A stretch of 63,104 bases of DNA, counting the filler, from Stramenopiles sp. TOSAG23-3 (Eukaryota): the NCBI GenBank assembly GCA_900128585.1. It is 5 parts of 5 records of this genome, joined end to end, with 100 filler letters (N's around TTAATTAATTAA, not from the genome) between each part and the next. Parts side by side here need not be neighbours in the genome. Positions count along the whole stretch, not along the records: positions 25,337 to 37,867 come from LT642681.1; positions 37,968 to 50,492 come from LT642682.1; 3 more parts are not named here. One strand, given 5' to 3'. The translations under genes were made by a program, and so were the position numbers. The notes under the pieces were generated by a model. The model was not told where the DNA came from, did no database searches, and saw only the letters and a list, made by a program, of their open reading frames with translations. This document shows positions 30,801 to 39,713 of the stretch, piece by piece (position 1 is the first letter of the stretch; the number at the start of each line of letters is the position of its first letter).

Positions 30801-32237
30801 GACGATGGTATTATGCCACAAACAGAGGAAGCGTTACGGATTGCCCAAAAGTCCGACTTACCGCTGTTGATTGCTCTTACAAAAATAGACAAGGTTCAAA
30901 ATTCCACGGCTGAAGTCGAGCAAAGAATTTCTAACGACCTTTTGGGACTGCAAATAGTACCAGAAGCGCTAGGCGGAGACGTTCCTGTCCTACCGATCTC
31001 TGCTGTTAAGAATATTGGCCTTGCCGATCTCGTTGAAACAATCGCTTTGCATGGGGACGTGTTGGAATTAAAGGGTGACGTAAATGCGCCGGCGGAAGCC
31101 GTCGTACTTGAATCAAGTATAGTCCGTGGGCAAGGAGTAGTAGTAGATATTCTAATGCGCTGGGGGTCCTTGAAACCTAAGGATTTCGTTGTTGCTGGCG
31201 AAGAATGGGGGCGAGTAAAAAGGCTTACTTCTGAACACGGTAAAAATTTGAAGGTCGTGAAACCGTCTGTTCCAGCACGTGTGTTAGGATTTAGGTCTTT
31301 GCCACCCGCAGGGGTCGAGCTGTTTGCTGTAGATAGCGAATCCAAGGCGCAAGAAGTAGCCGAGTACAGAAAAGAAATGCGTGTAAAGAAGCAGCTGGCA
31401 CAGGAGAAAGAAGACTGGAAAGAGGAGTCGAAGATATATAATAGGAGAGCTTTCAAAGCGAAACTGAAACGAGTTCGATTCAGTGGTCATAGAACGCTTA
31501 ATACTAAGCGTGATCAAACCGAGGAGGAAACGGATCCCGAAAACCCAATATATAATATAATTTTCAAAGGAGGCTCAGAAGGTTCGATGGTAGCACTTAC
31601 ATCGTGTGCAGACGAAGCAGAGTCGCAAACGGGGGTGCAAATGCGAACAATTCGAACTGAAACCGGCGAAATAACGGTCAGTGATGTCAATGCTGCCGCA
31701 GACGCTTCAGCTACTATTTTTGGTTTCAATACGAAAGTCACAAAAGAGGCGAAAGCAGAGGCCCGAAAGCTTGGCGTCGAAATTATCTTACACAAAATCA
31801 TATACAAGCTGCAGGATGATTTGATAGAAAATATGTTTGGCTTACTCCCCCCTGTGTTTAAAGAGCAGAGCTTAGGGAAAGCGGAGGTACTTCAAATTTT
31901 TGAGATAAATGGTAGGTCGCGAGGCGAAAAAATACCAGTAAATGGAATGAAGGTAACCGACGGAAGACTGGACAAGAAGCATCAATTTCGTGTAATGCGG
32001 AATGGTGAAACTATTTTTGATGGTCTAAGCGTTGACAGTATGAGGCATTTCAAGGAAGAAGCTAGTGAAACGAAAAAAGGTGGCGAATGCGGTTTACAGC
32101 TTACCGTAAATCACCAATCAAGTGTTAATGCTAATGCAGAAGAGTCTGTAAATTCTCAAGATCGCGTCGAACTGCAACCTCAAGACATTGTGGAATGCTA
32201 CGAACTAATCCAAGTCGAACATAAACGGAAATCATAG
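27825..32237 (+). CDS. infB: Bacterial-type (probably mitochondrial) translation initiation factor IF2 with N-terminal CCCH zinc fingers and a KH domain (1470 aa)
   Basis: IF2 G domain: HPIVTIMGHVDHGKTTLLD, EAGGITQ, ITFIDTPGHAAF, ADDGIMPQT, TKID, PISA. C-terminal IIYKL and SMRHFKE..KGGECG. CCCH fingers near 28428 and 28818; KH motif IIGKAGSTIK near 29960. Confidence 0.9.
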   Translation: MFRSHVREMVFNKVNVSVPLAGCRRNMVEFQRSLSIKVSGSLDSKVEAGGKRKPYPYQIVGSKRNEYVFVVDKKFARRHYNGASSLWREYCRVNFLKPGAEISVSFFPGNAPSGLQQSNRLRPLDDVNLAYAIASGGGESTAADFISWLGSYGNGLGYSKPVGAFGNSARTKVPYKKTNQKPKQNPAPQEKSRVQKSDAVFCKSVLNRGYCNDIDSCKYSHDLSNMGSSYRVFTVDKLFFYETLESQAWQEQEKLWLKMDGGGQGSASIRLVNGKSATIGKSEHPNSFYIVVHSDEKSEVDAVGRRVAKSYKNWKKSKNKNVSKEKKSKKICFHLQKSGHCKAGRQCSYSHNIEDLNVPSKVIEMDGKFARAVDEQRQLIDNHFLTEFEDKVKFKTMLRKGKQQWSTFEYNHPGPFGLLYGKTGKDAPALEEAASILQMMRKNWEEDRALLRVENLRVSDILFAQINSGVSDIPESLFQQHKCQIRPIDKGKLRNHLKVASLSKSGNDKVVNVLRDRSLKIEEQTLTATIPLEKVGFCQRLIADVRRNDIVANANTKKKKAQLVSALCTGISKGPVSLQVFSSDPGTAKGFMDSVFDRLDRVRSKVLVFPRKLCYGAMGTLLPKKWVSSYGDTSKFKNGRNALDACEVKLDSPLSGDVIAVRLVGTEEAIMETERKILKDVGYAARKWKGYDNNVKMNCGTALVPINAGGAIIGKAGSTIKALADESGAEILFGGFVVHSDGSSWKTYKVGDSYDEGMQRMIHVVGTEDQVCAALKMIENVLTMHMHQSRAYNNHSSGNQRFKKVRKVRLTKLQHEKKVLNERAGETVIISSDMTLETLAARMKFQVNFLRKTLRKLGEKNIGPTSVVPSDIAELLALECGMAPELELEPCIDIERTDHSSDSNPDALKRHPIVTIMGHVDHGKTTLLDSLRKSSIGASEAGGITQSLGGFTYQNNEGVNITFIDTPGHAAFANMRETGVTAADINVVVISADDGIMPQTEEALRIAQKSDLPLLIALTKIDKVQNSTAEVEQRISNDLLGLQIVPEALGGDVPVLPISAVKNIGLADLVETIALHGDVLELKGDVNAPAEAVVLESSIVRGQGVVVDILMRWGSLKPKDFVVAGEEWGRVKRLTSEHGKNLKVVKPSVPARVLGFRSLPPAGVELFAVDSESKAQEVAEYRKEMRVKKQLAQEKEDWKEESKIYNRRAFKAKLKRVRFSGHRTLNTKRDQTEEETDPENPIYNIIFKGGSEGSMVALTSCADEAESQTGVQMRTIRTETGEITVSDVNAAADASATIFGFNTKVTKEAKAEARKLGVEIILHKIIYKLQDDLIENMFGLLPPVFKEQSLGKAEVLQIFEINGRSRGEKIPVNGMKVTDGRLDKKHQFRVMRNGETIFDGLSVDSMRHFKEEASETKKGGECGLQLTVNHQSSVNANAEESVNSQDRVELQPQDIVECYELIQVEHKRKS

Positions 32238-32317
32238 CTTCTTAGAGTGTACAAAGTACTTTGTTCGTACGCGTAGTTTTTTGAGCATTACTTCTCTGTA
32301 AGAGGTATATACATTAC

Positions 32318-32524
32318 ACAAGAAAATTGGCTGTTATTTAAGTAATTAAAATTAATGTACTGCGAACTGAACTCTAAATTTAGACATTCAAGGTTCACAT
32401 TCCTTCAGTGTACTGCGAACTTATCTTTGCTCTTGTGGTTTTACTAATCGATATACCCTTGTCACTTAGTCTTGGCTATCATTCTCAGTTGTACTCCATG
32501 CATGATCTGAATCGGTAGATGGAT
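32318..32524 (+). repeat. Longest copy (~205 bp) of the dispersed intergenic element
   Basis: Collinear with 22427-22587 on a different scaffold. Confidence 0.9.
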
Positions 32525-32611
32525 AATATATACATATATACGTGTATAATGTTTTTACGTTGTTAATGTTCAATTATCAAAATAAACTTCTGCTCCCATG
32601 CAGCACTCGAA

Positions 32612-33349
32612 TTACGCAAGATCATCAAGGAGAGATTTGCGCATCTTTTCAGACATGGAAGTATTCTGCTTGTCTTGCAACTTCAATATGGCTTCAATTA
32701 CGGAAAGCTCAGTGGAGGTCGTGTCCAACCCGCAAAATGCGGACCAATCGTTAGCAACAAGGCCGGCACCGACCACGTCACTACCACGGTTCACAGTTCC
32801 TGCGACTAAGGGGATCTGCAACAACGAGGACAGTTCTTCCATATCCTCAACAGACGTTTTGGGGTGAACGATGCCTCCTTGGTTGGTAAACCTGGAGTAA
32901 CTTCCGACAAGGGCGTTGCCGGCGATCGTTTGTCGAAAAGCTTCGACACCGAGAACATCGCAAATAATGTCTTCAGTCTCTCTGTCTAGGTCTGCGTGAA
33001 TAAGAGCTACGTGGTCGTTTGTTGCGATGCAATTTCCGAGGGCAGACAGTCGTTCGTCCACTCTCTGAACTTTGATGGTGTCAGGTAACGCGTTTCTAAT
33101 ATGTTGCATTTCTTGGTCTGTACAAGTGCTCGGAAGCAAAAGACCATTCTTATTGCCGACTACAACCCTTCCAACGAACCTGCAATCAGCGATTGACGTA
33201 TGAACCACAGGTATGTGGCCTGCAAGTTGTCCCTCGAAAACACTATAAAAGTTTTCGCTGCCACCTTGGCACACCAAACAGTAACTATTTGTCAGACAGG
33301 CGAATACACCTACTTCGTTTGAGTTTTCGAACTGAACACGAGTCGCCAT
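32612..33349 (-). CDS. EIF6: Eukaryotic translation initiation factor 6
   Basis: [67 protein letters not shown]; 245 aa. Confidence 0.98.
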   Translation of the reverse strand: MATRVQFENSNEVGVFACLTNSYCLVCQGGSENFYSVFEGQLAGHIPVVHTSIADCRFVGRVVVGNKNGLLLPSTCTDQEMQHIRNALPDTIKVQRVDERLSALGNCIATNDHVALIHADLDRETEDIICDVLGVEAFRQTIAGNALVGSYSRFTNQGGIVHPKTSVEDMEELSSLLQIPLVAGTVNRGSDVVGAGLVANDWSAFCGLDTTSTELSVIEAILKLQDKQNTSMSEKMRKSLLDDLA

Positions 33350-34797
33350 TTGTTCGAGGTTAGTCTTGGTCTCTATACGTGTGCAGAAAAGTTGATTTTA
33401 AGATTCAACGTTTGAGATCAAAGATAAGGTAAGTTGAGTTAACTGTGGAATTGCAAGAAGGCTATTTAGGAAATTGAAACGTTCGACTTCTGTAACATTA
33501 TGAGGAGGAGCAATCTATGCCTCTTCCTGTTGGCAAAGCGAGTAAGCAATACAATAATTCTTATTATGTAAGACGACACGGAACACGGACGTCGCATTTC
33601 TTCTTCCTCTTTTCTTCTTCTATTATCGATCTCTTATTTTCATACATAGACAGTAGTAGGCACGGAACCGAAATAGAAATTGTGCAATCAATACTAACTA
33701 CACAAAAACATTTTTTATAATAATAAAATCTAATAAAGGTAGAAATAGCATCAGCCTCTTCTGTAGTATCTTCTTTCTAAAAAAGCAAACTATTCCTTCC
33801 TTCCTTCCAGTCTTTTTTTTTTTAAATTAATTTTTACTACGTAATATTACTACCGTACGTGGTGGTGCGTGCGTGATAATACTGTCGAGAGGAGGTATTA
33901 GGTATGGGATTTGTTTTTTTATTATTTAGCGACTTTTCGCACTTTTTTTTTGATGCTGTATGGTGTTTTATTCTTTTGTTTTATTGAGCCGCAAAAATGA
34001 TAAAGCCGTCCTTCCAAGTACATAATTATATATAAATGAATTTACCTATCTATAAAATGTATTTACTACAAATTAAAAATCACTTCTTTTCTTATTCGGA
34101 CACTCCCATTGTATTTACCTATGAAATGACAGCCACAAATATCTTCTTCGCAACCTCGCCTTGCTTCTTTTATCACAAATACAGGTGCGTAGTGTGCCAA
34201 GAAGGAAAAAAAGTAAACAACTAATAATGGACTGGAAAGTTGAAGCGAACTTTTGTTTCTTTTGATAGTCTAGGATGTATTTATTTATACGAATTCTAAA
34301 TACATTTATTCGCTCCATCGTTCGTACCGTAAAATTTAATATTCTGATAGCTCCTCGTAGTCGTCTATATCCTCCTGCTATTGACATTTACATTACCAAT
34401 TATCCTGCTAAACTCAAAATATTCTTCCGGCGGCACAGTCGTCGCGAAAAAAAATTATTTATTATTTCACAGCGATGCTGTCAGACTCTGTACGCTTGTA
34501 AAATATGGAATACTATCGGTGGTGGTACAAAAAAAACAAAAAAATACATTATTACATTAGAATACCATAGTGACTCACGAAAAAAAAAATAATAAAAGAA
34601 GAAAATGCGCCGGTGGCAATAGAAGTTTTTGTTAAGTTACTCCTTTCATTGGAAGCAAAGAGTTAGATTTCTAAACATAAAAGTTCGCTTTCATAACAAT
34701 TAGGTATCCTGTTTCAACATTTCATTCTTTTCCTGTTTGTAAACGCCTTTTGTCTTTCATCGACGGGGATTATATACTCCACAGACACCTGTTAAGA

Positions 34798-37695
34798 ATG
34801 TCGGGGAGCACCACTCTTTTCCACCCGTACCGTGCAATAGGGATGGTATCTTCTGGTGTGCCTAGTGTTTTGAGTAGTAGGGGTGACAGTAACTTCATTA
34901 TTGTATCTGTTGGTAATGCTTTTCAAGTTTACAATGCGGAAACGCTTAATCTTGTGTTTGTTTCACCACGACTACCAAAACGTATATCAGCGCTTGCAGT
35001 GTGGCACGAAGTTACTTTCTGTGCTTGCGGGACGGACATAGCGGTTGTTTACCAGGCAGAGCGTGTAAAAGTGCTTTCCAAACACGTCGGCGATATTGTA
35101 TCACTTACGGTAATCGGAAATTACCTTATTTCATGCTGCAGCGAAAGCGAAATGATAGTCTGGTCGCTGACGCGACGGGACGGTTCCGATACCACGTATG
35201 AAACCACAATTGAACTCGATAGTGCAACGGAGGAAGCAGGTCTAGGTAGCGTATCCTCTAAGTTTACCCCATCTTGTGTGCTGCATCCCCATACGTACTT
35301 GAACAAACTTTTGGTAGGCTCTACAAATGGCAGTCTAGAACTGTGGAATATAAGGTCGAAAAACCGTATATATCGTTTCAAGTGTGTCTCGGGCAAGGAA
35401 ATTACCTCGATAGAACAAAGCGGCATTGTTGACGTTGTTGGGATCGGGCTTTCAGATGGGGAAATTTTGATATGTAATTTGCGTTTTGATAAAGTTCTGA
35501 TCCGATTTTTCCAGAGCACAGGCGCCGTCACCTCGTTAAGCTTTCGCAGTGACAACAAATCTTCACAGATTCTTGCCAGCAGCGACAATTCCGGCACCAT
35601 TACGTTTTGGGACCTCAACAAAAAGGGGATTCAGTCAAGGCTACCCAGTGCACATTTGGACACGGTCGGAAACCTGGTATTTCTGGCAGGCCAACCGTTG
35701 ATGCTTTCTTCCAGCAGAGACAATTCTTTAAAATTGTGGATTTTCGATAAATTAGATGGGACTGCTCGATTGTTACGGTCTCGCGAAGGTCATGTGCGAC
35801 CACCAGATTGCGTTCAATTTTATGGTGGCACCACAGACGAAGCCATAGGGAACAGCGTCGACGGCAACCTTCTCCAGGTTCTATCGTGCGGCCAAGACTC
35901 CACCCTGCGAAGTTTTCACGTCACTCGGGATTCTTTAAGCTGCGAACTGTCGCAGGGAGCGATTAAAAAGAAGGCTCATAGCTTGGGCAAATCTCTTCGT
36001 GAATTGCGACTATCGCCAATAGTAGCAATGGCAGCATCAGAAACCCGCAATGGCGACTGGCCAAATATAGTGACGTGCCATGAAAATAATTTAAATGCGT
36101 ATACTTGGAGTTTCAAGAAAAAGGCTCTTGGGGACACGATTCTTCGGCCTGCAGTTAAAGGAAGCAAGAACGACCCATCTGTTGACTATCGCGTAACAAA
36201 GAAACGGCGAAAAACCAAACATTTTGGTTTTGAAAGTGGTTTACAGCGGATGATGGGAAAAGCCTCCTCCGTAGCTCTAAGTTCATGCGGGTGTTTTGCT
36301 GTCGTCGGCACAACCACTGGCATGCTGTTTAAATTCGCCGTCCAGTCTGGAATCCTGCGTGGCCGGTTTCCAAAAGATGACCAAACTGACGTGGCAGAAG
36401 GTTCAAATGCTCATCAAGCCTCAATTTCGTCGTCCAACACTTGCGCTATGAACAAGAAACTTATTTCTGTCTCACTAGACTCAACTCTCAAAGTGTGGGA
36501 TTTCGAAAAATACAAGCTTTTGGCCACTGTTAATACAGGCAGCGGATGTACTCGTGCTGTTTTGCATCGAAATAGCAACCTACTAGCTGTCGCTTGCGAT
36601 GATTTTTCGGTCCATTTATACGATGTTTTCACGACACCACCTCGACTGGTTCGAAATTTCAAAGGACATTCTCGCAATATTACAGATATAGAGATTACCC
36701 CTGATGGACGATGGTTATTAACGTCCTCGCTTGACTGCTGCCTTCGGGTTTGGGATATTGCTGCCAATGTTTCCATAAGTTGGTCCTCATTCCCTTCCGC
36801 AATTACTAGTATGTCTCTTTCTCCCTCTGGTGAGTTTCTTGCAACGAGCCACGTAGAGGACTTGGGGATTTATGTTTGGACCAATGTTGGCATGTTCGAA
36901 GCCGTTAACCATGGCAAAATTCCCACGAAGCCGACACCATTTTTTTTGCCGACAGCTTTGCCTCAGAAGACTGAAGCAGGGGATAGGAGGGGCAAGGAGG
37001 TTGCCGATGAACCGTCAGCAGTGACACTTCAAGATCTACAGCACAGCAATACTTCCAAGCTTACGACATTGTCCAGTGTTTCGAGAAGTCATTGGCAGCA
37101 GTTATCATCACTGGCAACGATAAAAATGCGAAATAAACCCACAGAGGCGCCAAAGGCCCCGGAAAGAGCACCGTTTTTTATACCTTCTCGATCTGCCCCT
37201 AGCAACCCGGTGTTTGCTGTGCCAGAAGAAAAATCCTCCAGCGCAGACGGGGACACTGGCGCAAATTCGAAAAGTCGAATAATCAATGACGCTGGAAACC
37301 GCCACTTGACTACCCTTATGAAACATTTAGGTCGGTTAGAAGAAGAGAACGGCGCGCTAATCGCTATGGGATATATGAAGAGTTTGTCGGCTCCTATGAT
37401 TGACGTAGAATTCAGGAATTTGTGTTTCGGTGTAGTAGATGATATCGGAAAGTCATTCCTGTCCAAACTTCTAAATTTATTCGAAGGGGAGGTTCAAAAG
37501 CGTGCAGATTTTGAAGTGGTGCAAAGTTATATCAACCTGGTATTGAAGATTCATTTAGAAACCATTTTGAGTGATCCGGAGCTAGTTTATTCGTTGAACC
37601 AACTGAAAATCTCTCAGAAAGGAGCTTGGAATAATTTACGCGGTTGGGCACAGAAGTCGTTGTGCTTGATTGAGCACTTTTTAGTTCTCAAATAA
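34798..37695 (+). CDS. UTP21: U3 snoRNP / SSU processome WD40 protein Utp21 (WDR36)
   Basis: LFHPYRAIG, HPHTYLNKLLVG, DNSLKLWIFD..RLLRSREGH, ELSQG; Utp21 C-terminal IKMRNKPTEAPKAPERAPFF and DFEVVQSY. Confidence 0.95.
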   Translation: MSGSTTLFHPYRAIGMVSSGVPSVLSSRGDSNFIIVSVGNAFQVYNAETLNLVFVSPRLPKRISALAVWHEVTFCACGTDIAVVYQAERVKVLSKHVGDIVSLTVIGNYLISCCSESEMIVWSLTRRDGSDTTYETTIELDSATEEAGLGSVSSKFTPSCVLHPHTYLNKLLVGSTNGSLELWNIRSKNRIYRFKCVSGKEITSIEQSGIVDVVGIGLSDGEILICNLRFDKVLIRFFQSTGAVTSLSFRSDNKSSQILASSDNSGTITFWDLNKKGIQSRLPSAHLDTVGNLVFLAGQPLMLSSSRDNSLKLWIFDKLDGTARLLRSREGHVRPPDCVQFYGGTTDEAIGNSVDGNLLQVLSCGQDSTLRSFHVTRDSLSCELSQGAIKKKAHSLGKSLRELRLSPIVAMAASETRNGDWPNIVTCHENNLNAYTWSFKKKALGDTILRPAVKGSKNDPSVDYRVTKKRRKTKHFGFESGLQRMMGKASSVALSSCGCFAVVGTTTGMLFKFAVQSGILRGRFPKDDQTDVAEGSNAHQASISSSNTCAMNKKLISVSLDSTLKVWDFEKYKLLATVNTGSGCTRAVLHRNSNLLAVACDDFSVHLYDVFTTPPRLVRNFKGHSRNITDIEITPDGRWLLTSSLDCCLRVWDIAANVSISWSSFPSAITSMSLSPSGEFLATSHVEDLGIYVWTNVGMFEAVNHGKIPTKPTPFFLPTALPQKTEAGDRRGKEVADEPSAVTLQDLQHSNTSKLTTLSSVSRSHWQQLSSLATIKMRNKPTEAPKAPERAPFFIPSRSAPSNPVFAVPEEKSSSADGDTGANSKSRIINDAGNRHLTTLMKHLGRLEEENGALIAMGYMKSLSAPMIDVEFRNLCFGVVDDIGKSFLSKLLNLFEGEVQKRADFEVVQSYINLVLKIHLETILSDPELVYSLNQLKISQKGAWNNLRGWAQKSLCLIEHFLVLK

Positions 37696-37769
37696 TAAAA
37701 TGTGAGAGAGCAAGAGTGTTTTTGCGAGAGTTAGTTAAATCTCGCACAGGTAAATTATTCAATATAAAA

Positions 37770-37788
37770 ACAAAAAATTTGGCTGTTA
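37770..37788 (+). repeat. Core copy of the dispersed element, cut by the 24-bp repeat
   Basis: ACAAAAAATTTGGCTGTTA, followed directly by CACAGACAAC... Confidence 0.65.
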
Positions 37789-37812
37789 CACAGACAACGA
37801 GCCCCTTTAAAA
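37789..37812 (+). repeat. 24-bp dispersed repeat CACAGACAACGAGCCCCTTTAAAA, copy 2
   Basis: Exact reverse complement of 4123-4146. Confidence 0.85.
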
Positions 37813-37867
37813 TATTTATGCCGCTGTGTACTTTTAAGACCAATCAATTGGAATCTTGACCAGAACT

Positions 37868-37967
37868 NNNNNNNNNNNNNNNNNNNNNNNNNNNNNNNNN
37901 NNNNNNNNNNNTTAATTAATTAANNNNNNNNNNNNNNNNNNNNNNNNNNNNNNNNNNNNNNNNNNNN
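37868..37967. other. Artificial scaffold-joining linker
   Basis: N44-TTAATTAATTAA-N44. Confidence 0.98.
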
Positions 37968-38244
37968 TCGTCAAACTGGTAGGCAAAGGCGTGTTGCACT
38001 TGAAATTGTTGTCTTCCTCGGCAGCATCTTCCATTTCGTCGAACGCCATATCAAACGTACCTTCTTTTTTCCTGTCCTCAACTTCTCCTTCAACTCCAGA
38101 TATAACGCATTCATTCCACTCTGGCGAATATGTTCTGTACGTTTTGCTGCAAATTTTGGTAAACGACGGCCACGATGCCGACGCCAGCGAGGCGCAGAGA
38201 GCGAACGCTAGGACCAAAGCTAACACATTTCTGTTAGTTTTCAT
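37968..38244 (-). CDS. Secreted protein of unknown function, 3'-truncated
   Basis: Clear signal peptide MKTNRNVLALVLAFALCASLASA, then a Cys pair and an acidic stretch. Runs off the scaffold edge. Confidence 0.7.
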
Positions 38245-38976
38245 TGTACGCTGATATTTGCTATCAGCTGTTAACTTTTCAATGGTGTAGTTTAATAATG
38301 CAATTTGACTTTTCCTTTGCTTTGCTTTACATAAAAACATTATGTTTTCATCTGCAAGGTGTTTCTTTTCTTTCATCATGATATTCATTCATGCATGATT
38401 CTTGGATTCTTCTTCTTGGATCGTATTTCTCTTCTTTTTTATTTTTTAATAAAGAAAAAAATGTTTTTTTTACTTTAAGGCATAGTACTCTTTTGTAAAT
38501 TAAAATATAAAGCTGAGTTGCTTTTAGGAATAAATAATTTAACCATTTTGAATGCTAATCTTATGTTCGAAAGAAATAAAGTGAACGTTTACTATTTAAT
38601 TATTTAGTTTCCTTAATATAAACCATACTTAACTAAAAAGACATCGACACGAATTAAAAATATTTATAATTTATATACTATTGTATGTTAGTTTGGTTTG
38701 TAGATTTGTGCTGAAAACATTTTTGTTTTTATTAATAAGGTAAAGTGAACATTTAAAATTCCAAAAAAAATCCAATTTTCCAATTTTCCAAATTTCAGTT
38801 TCGATTTTTGAGTTAAGAGTTTCATGGTTTCATTTTTTCCAGTTGACATGGACATAGTTTAGTTTGATTTTGATTTGTTTTTTTTGTTTTCCTTATTCAA
38901 TATGGTTCCGAAATTGGAATGTATTGTGAAAGGTATTATTAATTATATCCAACCCAAAACCGAAAACCCAAAAAAC

Positions 38977-38978
38977 AA

Positions 38979-39036
<58 letters not shown>

Positions 39037-39248
39037 GTCGAAAGAAACAAAGAAAGAAAGAAACAAAGAAACAAAGAAAGAAAGAAAGAAAGAATGGCAG
39101 TTGAGGTTGAGGTTAGAGGTTCATTAATTAAACAATTAAACAATTGATTGAAACTGACAACTGAAAGTAACTGACTTGACCATCTGACAACAGCTATCTA
39201 GTACTAATCACTTTTCACCCTTTCGCCTAACCTAAAATTCAGAAAGAT

Positions 39249-39282
<34 letters not shown>

Positions 39283-39375
39283 GAAAGGAAAGGAAAGGAA
39301 AGGAAAGGAAAGGAAAGGAAAGAAAGAAAGGAAAGAAAGAAAGGAAAGAAGAAAGAAAGAAAGAAGAAAGAAACG
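38977..39375 (+). repeat. Polypurine microsatellites (AAAG)n and (AAAGG)n
   Basis: Two blocks, about 38977-39093 and 39241-39375; a complementary (CTTT)n tract at about 39473-39511. Confidence 0.95.
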
Positions 39376-39713
39376 GAAGAATGATGCGTTTCTTTCTTTT
39401 TTTTATTGAGAACAACTATTAATATAATAATATGTATACTTATACACAACATTATAATAATATTATTTAAATTCTTCTTCTTTCTTTCTCTTTCTTTCTT
39501 CTTTCTTTCTACTTTTTTTAAAATTCTACTACTAAAAAGAAGAAGAAAGTGTGGTGTTGGTTGGGTTGGGTATCTAGCACACCGAGCTAAGATTCCAACA
39601 TAATTTTACAGATAACGTAAACAAAGGCGCATGGAAGCAATGTTTGGAAACGTGCGTGCAGCCTTTCGACATCGACATCGCTTCCACAATACTTCGGCGG
39701 GCAACACGTACGC

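Noticed and set aside
38875-39603. Lys/Glu/Arg-rich and Phe/Leu/Ser-rich short ORFs
   Set aside because: They are translations of the (AAAG)n microsatellites.
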